Positions 57,502 to 64,000 of a stretch of 64,000 bases of DNA are shown piece by piece. How positions within the stretch are numbered: position 1 is the first letter of the stretch; every line of letters begins with the position of its first letter. The position numbers and the translations under genes are program-made. The DNA lies in assembly GCA_049967855.1 (NCBI GenBank), contig JBMFRX010000006.1:1-64000 (forward strand), given 5' to 3'. The notes beneath the pieces were generated by a model. The model saw only the letters and a list, made by a program, of their open reading frames with translations, was not told the origin of the DNA and did not search any database. Source of the stretch: Caldisericaceae bacterium (GTDB lineage: Bacteria; Caldisericota; Caldisericia; Caldisericales; Caldisericaceae).

Positions 57502-57909
57502 TTATTGCCCAGTCTGTTTTTCTATGTTCTTGTGGTTCTTGAATGCCTGTTCCTCCTCTTCAAGAGATGGTGCAAGTCCTATAAAGTCGCTAACAGGCAC
57601 TACGAACATAATGCCAGTTCCTGGTTCTTTGAAATCGTTCAGCTCCTCTCTTACTACTTTTTGAGCATCCCTGAGTGTTTTTTCTTCTTTGATGACCGTA
57701 AAAATAGTCCTGTTTTCAGGGTATCGCCCCTGTCCAACATTGAATACCTCAAGAAGCGCTGAGAAAGTTGCAATTTCAGGTTGGAGAGTTCTTCCCATTC
57801 CAATTGAATCAATAATAGTTGCTCCTCTCACATCTACCTCAAGGAAACGTGATAGTATCTTGTTTAATTTTTCAGTTTTGTTAAGCACCACGACAAGTAA
57901 GTATGCCAT
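57502..57909 (-). CDS. P-II-like (GlnB-fold) protein
   Basis: LLVVVLN, GATIIDS.GMG, GTGI.FV.PV....GL; GGAGG SD before ATG 57909. Confidence 0.65.
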   Translation of the reverse strand: MAYLLVVVLNKTEKLNKILSRFLEVDVRGATIIDSIGMGRTLQPEIATFSALLEVFNVGQGRYPENRTIFTVIKEEKTLRDAQKVVREELNDFKEPGTGIMFVVPVSDFIGLAPSLEEEEQAFKNHKNIEKQTGQ

Positions 57910-57933
57910 AGCCACCTCCATTAATATTGTATT

Positions 57934-58575
57934 CTATTCTATAATATTATCAAGTTGTCTATAAGACTTGAAAATAAGCTCAGGCTGCATATTCAAGATG
58001 TCTTCTTCGTTTGAAACGCCAGAAGGAATTATGAAACATTTTACTCCGGCGTTTTTTGCTATTTTTATGTCATTGATGCTGTCTCCAATGTATATCGTAG
58101 AGCGAGAATCTCTATTGAATTTTCTCATTATTTGAAGTAGTGGATAAGGGTCGGGTTTGCTTACAGGAAAGCTATCCTTTCCAAATGTTGCATCGAAATA
58201 TTTTTCAAAACCAAATTTGCTCAGTATCTTATCAATGAGGCTTTTATATTTATTTGACAAAACGACCTTCAATTTATCTTTGGACAGCCTGAGAAAATGT
58301 TCAACATCATCTACTGGTTGTGTGAAGTCGGCAGGGTGTTTTGAGTAGTATTCAAGAGACAAGCTTAGTGCTCTATCAAAACAATTCTCATTTTCCTTTC
58401 CCAGAACTCGCTTCAACAGAGTTGGTGTTCCATCGCCAGTGTATTTCCAAATCAATTCTGCAGAAACAGCTGGCAAGCCGCACTCTCTCAAAGCATAGTT
58501 CACGGATGCGGCAATATCGTGTTTTGTATCGAACAATGTACCATCGAAATCAAGGACAATCAAATCAATTTTCAT
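57934..58575 (-). CDS. HAD-superfamily phosphatase (Gph-like)
   Basis: DFDGTL.DT, LSNK, KPDP, IGDS..D...A..AG. Confidence 0.9.
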   Translation of the reverse strand: MKIDLIVLDFDGTLFDTKHDIAASVNYALRECGLPAVSAELIWKYTGDGTPTLLKRVLGKENENCFDRALSLSLEYYSKHPADFTQPVDDVEHFLRLSKDKLKVVLSNKYKSLIDKILSKFGFEKYFDATFGKDSFPVSKPDPYPLLQIMRKFNRDSRSTIYIGDSINDIKIAKNAGVKCFIIPSGVSNEEDILNMQPELIFKSYRQLDNIIE

Positions 58576-58623
58576 AGTTTATTTATAAAACTATTTTAAT
58601 TTCAGTCAATAGATGCTAAAATA

Positions 58624-61600
58624 TTGAAGGAGGTCTTTTTAATGAAAAGAGTAGCAGTTGCCATTTTGATTGTTTTTTTGATAATTTTTGCCTCTCTTCC
58701 TGTGTCCTATGGTAAGAGAAATGTTAGTTATGTTGGGAATTTTGACTTTTCATCGAACCAGGTGAAAACAGTTATTGTTACCTTTACAAGCGACCCAGTT
58801 TTGCAGTACGCAAAGAGCATGGCCTTCAAGATAAGAAAACTATTTGATGCTGATGCTCTCAAGTCTTACGACTTGTCAATTAGTAAATCTCATAGTGCTT
58901 TTCTCGAATCTTTCAAGAACCTAGGTGCAGAATTAAATTGCAGCTACAGCTACACTATCAATGGCGTTTCAATTTCAATCAGAGAGAGTGACATACCAAA
59001 AATTGCTTCATATGGCGGTGTAGATTCTATCTACGAGGATACGCCTGCGTATCTTGAAAGAGCGACGATGACCAATGTAATACAATCAACTGTAGTAAAT
59101 AAAATGAAAGATTCCTCTGGCAATTACATAACTGGAAAGGGAATTATTGTTGGCGTTGTTGATACAGGGGTTGATTATACAGATAAAGAGCTTGGCGGTG
59201 GTGGCTTTCCTAATTCGAAGGTTATCGGCGGATATGACTTTGCTGACAATGATGCTGACCCTAAAGACACCGACGGGCATGGAACTCACGTTGCTGGAAT
59301 TATTGCAGGCTCAACCTACGGTGTTGCACCTGATGCAAAAATAATGGCTTACAAGGTGTTTTCTGGTACCAACAATTCTACATCGACTTCGCTTATTATC
59401 CAGGGAATAGACCAGGCAGTAAAGGACAAATGCAATGTAATTAACATTTCCATCGGTACGCCAGGCGGAAGCGCCTCGGGTAACGACCCAGAATCCATTG
59501 CTGTAAGGAATGCTGTAAATAGCGGAGTCATCGTTGTTGCTGCTGCTGGCAATAAAGGGGCACCTTCCCCTGCCATCAATTATCCTATGAGTTCGCCAGC
59601 TTCAGTAAAAGAAGCAATTTGTGTGGGTGCAACTGATGACAGCACGATGGGCATTATTAACGTAGCTTCAAACCAGATTGATGGTTCCTATCCGGGAGAA
59701 AGCCCGAAGTTTGTCGAGGGAAATTACAATATGGTTTATTGTGGGCTGGGAAACGTTGATGACTTTAAAGGAAAAGATGTGAAGGGAAAAATTGCTCTAA
59801 TACAAAGGGGAGAGATCTATTTTGGCGACAAAGATATTAATGCAAAAAATGCTGGTGCAAGCGGAGTCATCGTTTTCAACAATGTTAGCGGGATACCCAA
59901 GATTCAGCTTGTTTCACAAAACGATTCAACTTTCAAAGACTTCATTCCCTTTCTTTTTGTTTCGTATACGGACGGGCTGTTGCTCAAGCAGAATTTGTCT
60001 CTAAGCGTATCAATCCAAAATAAATATGGGTTGGGCCTGATAGCGGATTTTTCTTCGCAGGGTCCAACGACAGATTTTTTTCTGAAACCCGATATTGTTG
60101 CCCCTGGGGTGAATATTACATCCACATTACCTGGCAACCAGTTAGGAGCAATGAGCGGAACATCAATGGCTTCTCCAGTTGTTGCAGGTGTTGCGGCACT
60201 TCTAAAGCAGGTACGGCCCACTATAAGCGCCGATGATGCAAAAGCCTTAATGATGAATTCGGCTGATGTACTTACTAATCCTTATTCTGGACTGCCTTTT
60301 TCACCTTTGATGCAGGGAGCAGGAAGAATTGATGCCCTGAGCTTGATTAACAATCAGTATATGCTCAAACCATCGTCATTTATGTTTGGTAACGGCGACC
60401 TTTCCAAATCTGTAACGTTTACTCTTACTAATCTCTCCAGTTCCCAGAAGTCTTTTTATACTTCATATCAGTTAGCGTCAAATGATAAAATAAGCGTCAG
60501 CTTGCCTTTTACGGTCTCGGTTCCTGCAAACGGAACAACGACCTTTGTTGTGAATTTTTCTGCTACAAAGTCAGTTGCCGAAGCCTATGGATATATTTAT
60601 TTGAACGCCTCGCAAACTAGCAGCATCCATATTCCCTTTGTTTACTTGAGCGAACCTATCAGCAACCCGACTCTTCTTTCAAATGTTCAGCTTTCGTCAC
60701 AGACTGTGACTCCTGAGACCGCCTTGAATCTTAAATTTACTGTGGGAATGGGAGAGGATATGTCCGACGACAATTCAACTTTTAAGAGCAATGTTGCTGA
60801 AGAAGTAAAAATTAGTATTTACAATTCACAGGGCAGTCGCGTTGACACCGTTTTTGACCAGGCACCAATTTACACTGGTGACTACTCTGTTAACGTACCA
60901 TTGTTAGACTCTGCTGGAAATGCCAGATATCAAAATGGAACCTATTATTACAAAGTGGAGTATGTGAATGCAACAGTGGATGATAATGCAAAGTTAGTCT
61001 TGCCGACAACAGTTGTTGCATCATCGAGCGGTCAGTTTGTAGTTGCAAATGGCCCGCAGAACTCGATAACTACAGTCACTCAAAATGGGTTCACTCTTCT
61101 TTTGAACAAGGGAGAGGATTTCTGGGTTGACCTCTTGTTGTCTTCTGACAAGCAGGAGGGAAGTCTGAGTTTGATATTCAAGTTCGACCCTTCCCTTTTC
61201 AACGCGGTTGCCTGCGTACCTGGCAAGAATTTAGGCTCTGATGTAAGTTTCAGTTCGGATATTGGCAATGGGCTGATAGCTGTAACAGTAACTTCGGATA
61301 ACCTGGCTGTTCCAAGCAAAGGAGTCATTGCATCAGTTCACCTTCAGACGATAGAAAATGGTTGTGGTTATCTTGGTGTGTCCTACGTTCAAAGTACTTC
61401 CCTCTCAAGTTTTGCCCTGCCGGGAGTTTATTATGATGTTTCTGACTACTCAAGATACTTTGATTTGAACAACGACAGAGTAATAAACAATCTCGACCTT
61501 TCCATTTTGAACGCAAGTTATCTCAAGAAACAGGGTGAGTCAGGCTTCAACAAAGCCTGCGATTTGAATTTTGATGGAATTGTTAACAGTGTTGATTTCT

Positions 61601-61638
61601 TTATCCTTTCTGAGCATTTTGGAGAAAAGTATCCGTAG
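58624..61638 (+). CDS. Secreted S8 (Vpr-like) subtilase with I9 propeptide, PA domain, Ig-like, cohesin-like and dockerin modules
   Basis: VDTGVDY, HGTHVAG and GTSMASP catalytic triad; PA domain GKIALIQRG; C-terminal DLNNDRVINNLD / DLNFDGIVNSVD. The start may be ATG 58642. Confidence 0.9.
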   Translation: MKEVFLMKRVAVAILIVFLIIFASLPVSYGKRNVSYVGNFDFSSNQVKTVIVTFTSDPVLQYAKSMAFKIRKLFDADALKSYDLSISKSHSAFLESFKNLGAELNCSYSYTINGVSISIRESDIPKIASYGGVDSIYEDTPAYLERATMTNVIQSTVVNKMKDSSGNYITGKGIIVGVVDTGVDYTDKELGGGGFPNSKVIGGYDFADNDADPKDTDGHGTHVAGIIAGSTYGVAPDAKIMAYKVFSGTNNSTSTSLIIQGIDQAVKDKCNVINISIGTPGGSASGNDPESIAVRNAVNSGVIVVAAAGNKGAPSPAINYPMSSPASVKEAICVGATDDSTMGIINVASNQIDGSYPGESPKFVEGNYNMVYCGLGNVDDFKGKDVKGKIALIQRGEIYFGDKDINAKNAGASGVIVFNNVSGIPKIQLVSQNDSTFKDFIPFLFVSYTDGLLLKQNLSLSVSIQNKYGLGLIADFSSQGPTTDFFLKPDIVAPGVNITSTLPGNQLGAMSGTSMASPVVAGVAALLKQVRPTISADDAKALMMNSADVLTNPYSGLPFSPLMQGAGRIDALSLINNQYMLKPSSFMFGNGDLSKSVTFTLTNLSSSQKSFYTSYQLASNDKISVSLPFTVSVPANGTTTFVVNFSATKSVAEAYGYIYLNASQTSSIHIPFVYLSEPISNPTLLSNVQLSSQTVTPETALNLKFTVGMGEDMSDDNSTFKSNVAEEVKISIYNSQGSRVDTVFDQAPIYTGDYSVNVPLLDSAGNARYQNGTYYYKVEYVNATVDDNAKLVLPTTVVASSSGQFVVANGPQNSITTVTQNGFTLLLNKGEDFWVDLLLSSDKQEGSLSLIFKFDPSLFNAVACVPGKNLGSDVSFSSDIGNGLIAVTVTSDNLAVPSKGVIASVHLQTIENGCGYLGVSYVQSTSLSSFALPGVYYDVSDYSRYFDLNNDRVINNLDLSILNASYLKKQGESGFNKACDLNFDGIVNSVDFFILSEHFGEKYP

Positions 61639-61647
61639 GGGGTAAAT

Positions 61648-64000
61648 ATGAAAAGAATAGCATTAATTATCGTAATAGTATACATCGTGCAGTTTGTAGC
61701 TCCTCTCAGCAATGTTTACGCTATCAGTGTCAAGAACATTTCTGTTGTCCAGGATATTGCTGTTCCAGCCGAGGATTTTGTTGGGTCGAACTCGCTTGCT
61801 GAGGCAAACCTCTATGAATCCGATTATAATTCAAAGTACCTTTTTCCAATGCAGGGAATGTGCCTTACGGATGATGGCAGAATCGCTGTAATAGATAATG
61901 CTTATGGGAGAGTTCACGTGTTGAATAGTCTTCTTCAGAATAGTTACACCTTCGGTTCACTTGCGCAGCTCATATACCCCACTGATATTTCTTTCTATTC
62001 GAATAGTTTCTATATTTCTGACCCGCTGGGTAAATCGGTGCAGGTTTTCAGCAAAACCGGAAGCTTCGTTAAAACAATTTCTCAAGGACTTGATGCTCCA
62101 ACTGGTGTAGCCGTTACTAAAGATGGCATTTTTGTCAGCGACTATTTTGTGGGCAAGGTTCTGAAGCTTGATTTCAACGGGAATGTTTTGAAGTCAGTTG
62201 CGATTAATTTCCCAGGAGGTCTTTCTACCAATGGGACAAACATTATAGCTGTCAGTATGAGTGACGACAAGATTTTTGTTCTGGACTCAAACCTAAATAT
62301 TACAAAGTCTTTTGTTGGAAAAGAGCTACTGTTTCCTTCAGACACGTGTTCCGATTCAAAAGGAAACATCTATGTTGTTGATAGAGGCCTTGCAAGAGGA
62401 GGGAACACAAATGGCCGTGTTGTCGTTTACAATTCTTCAGGAGCGTTTGTAAGTTCTATAGGAACTGCCGCTTCAGCCTATCCAAACCAGCCAGACGGGT
62501 CTCTGCTTACGCCAAGTGGTATCACAATTGATAGTTTTGGCAGCGTCTATGTGATGGATTCTGGTTTTTATTATTGGGTGCAGGAATCGGATGCTCCTTT
62601 TGGATTTCCTATCGGGGCACGGATAAGCGTTTTCTCGCAAGCGGGCGTTTTCATCTCGAAGAAAAATTTTAATTACGATACACCTGGAATCCTGCTAAAC
62701 CCGACAAGTGCAACCCTGGACGAAAACGGCAATATGTGGGTTGTAAATAAGGGTGGATTTGATGACAGTGAGCTTGTAGAATTTTCAATTTCAGGGAAGT
62801 ACATCAAGACTATAAAAACAAGTGGAAGCATGTCCTTGCAGGGAGCAATGTGTGTATATGCTGACAAGAAAGGTAGCATCTATGTCGGGATTGATGGTGC
62901 AATAGTTGCTTTTTCAAGTTCAGGAGCTTACAAGGCTACATACAGTAGCAAGAGCCTGGGAGCTGTAAAGAAGATTACAAAGGGAAATGATGGTAATCTG
63001 TATGCTACAAGCCAGGATTTGAACACCGTTACAAAGATGACTGCCCAGGGTGCGGTACTATCCAATTTCAATGTTTGCGTGTCCCCAGCAGGAATTGCAC
63101 AGAGCGCCAACGGCAATTTCTTTGTCACTTCTCTTGACGATAACAAGATTTACGTGTATGATACAGGTTTTAAGTTTTTACGTACGATAGGAAGTGGCGG
63201 CGGTAGAGACTCGATGTCAATGTACGTCCCAGAGGACATTGCTGTCGATAAATATGGCAACATAATTGTAGCTGATACTGAGAACGGAAGAATTTCTGTT
63301 TTTTCTCAGGACGGGTCTCTGCTTTACCAGTCGGGCGGTACTTTTTATGAAATCGTTTCGCTCGAATCAGAGGGAAGCACATTTCTTGCGGTAGATTGCT
63401 TCCACAATATTGTGAGAGTACTGAAAGAGGAAGTTGCTGATGAGCCCTATTCCTTTTATGCTTCACTGTACCCTTATGATGTTGTTATGGGACCTGGCGA
63501 TTCTGATTCAATGATACTCACGATTAGCAACAGTGGAACTAATTCCGATGATTACAACTTATCGTTTGTAAATATGCTTCCAAACAGTTGGACTTATTCA
63601 GTCAGTACTGGCACGCAGTACAGTTTCACAATTCTGGCAGGCAGCTCTAAAACCGTTAAGATAAGCATTTCTGTCCCCAGTTCTGCAAGAGATGGAGACA
63701 AAGGAAGCCTTGTTATTAATGTTACCTCGTCAAAGTCTAAAGTTTCAAGGTCTCTTATTTCTAACATTTCAGTTTCTACAAACCTTCCCCTTACGATTTT
63801 TTCACAGGACACTTCAGCTTCTAATGGGGATTCTTTTTCAGTCCCGATTTTTATCAAAAATGCTCTGGGGGTAAGAGGAGTTTCTTTTGACATCAATTAT
63901 AACAAGAACGCATTCCAGTACATTGGTAGCGATGTTTCTCCTTCTGTTGCTGACGATATTGTTATTGCAAAAGAGACAACTACAGGAGTTACAGTTGCAA
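61648..64000 (+). CDS. Secreted NHL-repeat beta-propeller protein with Ig-like and cohesin-like modules (partial; absent from ORF track)
   Basis: ATG 61648 with signal peptide MKRIALIIVIVYIV...; NHL units (PTDI, PTGVAV, PEDIAVDKYGNIIVADTENGRISVFS); ends ...GDSFSVPIFIKNALGVRGVSFDINYN...; no stop seen before the window end. Confidence 0.85.
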   Translation, partial: MKRIALIIVIVYIVQFVAPLSNVYAISVKNISVVQDIAVPAEDFVGSNSLAEANLYESDYNSKYLFPMQGMCLTDDGRIAVIDNAYGRVHVLNSLLQNSYTFGSLAQLIYPTDISFYSNSFYISDPLGKSVQVFSKTGSFVKTISQGLDAPTGVAVTKDGIFVSDYFVGKVLKLDFNGNVLKSVAINFPGGLSTNGTNIIAVSMSDDKIFVLDSNLNITKSFVGKELLFPSDTCSDSKGNIYVVDRGLARGGNTNGRVVVYNSSGAFVSSIGTAASAYPNQPDGSLLTPSGITIDSFGSVYVMDSGFYYWVQESDAPFGFPIGARISVFSQAGVFISKKNFNYDTPGILLNPTSATLDENGNMWVVNKGGFDDSELVEFSISGKYIKTIKTSGSMSLQGAMCVYADKKGSIYVGIDGAIVAFSSSGAYKATYSSKSLGAVKKITKGNDGNLYATSQDLNTVTKMTAQGAVLSNFNVCVSPAGIAQSANGNFFVTSLDDNKIYVYDTGFKFLRTIGSGGGRDSMSMYVPEDIAVDKYGNIIVADTENGRISVFSQDGSLLYQSGGTFYEIVSLESEGSTFLAVDCFHNIVRVLKEEVADEPYSFYASLYPYDVVMGPGDSDSMILTISNSGTNSDDYNLSFVNMLPNSWTYSVSTGTQYSFTILAGSSKTVKISISVPSSARDGDKGSLVINVTSSKSKVSRSLISNISVSTNLPLTIFSQDTSASNGDSFSVPIFIKNALGVRGVSFDINYNKNAFQYIGSDVSPSVADDIVIAKETTTGVTVA

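Noticed and set aside
1..64000. CRISPR array, rRNA, prophage or defence systems
   Set aside because: No spaced direct repeats, rRNA motifs, phage genes or recognisable defence genes were seen by eye.

Overview
AT-rich bacterial chromosome segment. Gene content and the Cu-amine-oxidase-N surface proteins suggest a Caldisericia/Firmicutes-like anaerobe (inference only). Bases 1-7181 are accessory: the 5' end of a probable IS1380-family transposase, a frameshifted secreted alpha/beta-hydrolase surface protein, a beta-propeller gene, a structured non-coding element and a complete IS1182-family element with 15-bp IRs but no target duplication. The rest is mostly housekeeping: pit/DUF47, tRNA-Val, thrS-infC-rpmI-rplT, FMN riboswitch-ribU, dppABC, a split NAD synthetase, tRNA-Ser, mtnA, rpmB, argS, gcvH/PA/PB, coaX-dusB-greA-lysS-radA-ispDF, hrcA-mtaB, galU, speD-speE-mtaD, tal-tkt, trpS-scpAB and tmRNA. 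The most interesting signals are (i) a 250-nt, apparently two-state structured leader with uORFs upstream of speD-speE-mtaD; (ii) a secreted S8 protease carrying cohesin-like and dockerin modules next to an NHL-repeat protein with a cohesin-like module, a candidate non-cellulolytic cohesin-dockerin complex; (iii) a DnaA-box cluster between scpB and ssrA; (iv) a TPR-CofE-like fusion; (v) an FMN riboswitch with an atypical insertion. All calls come from reading motifs by eye; no database searches were run.
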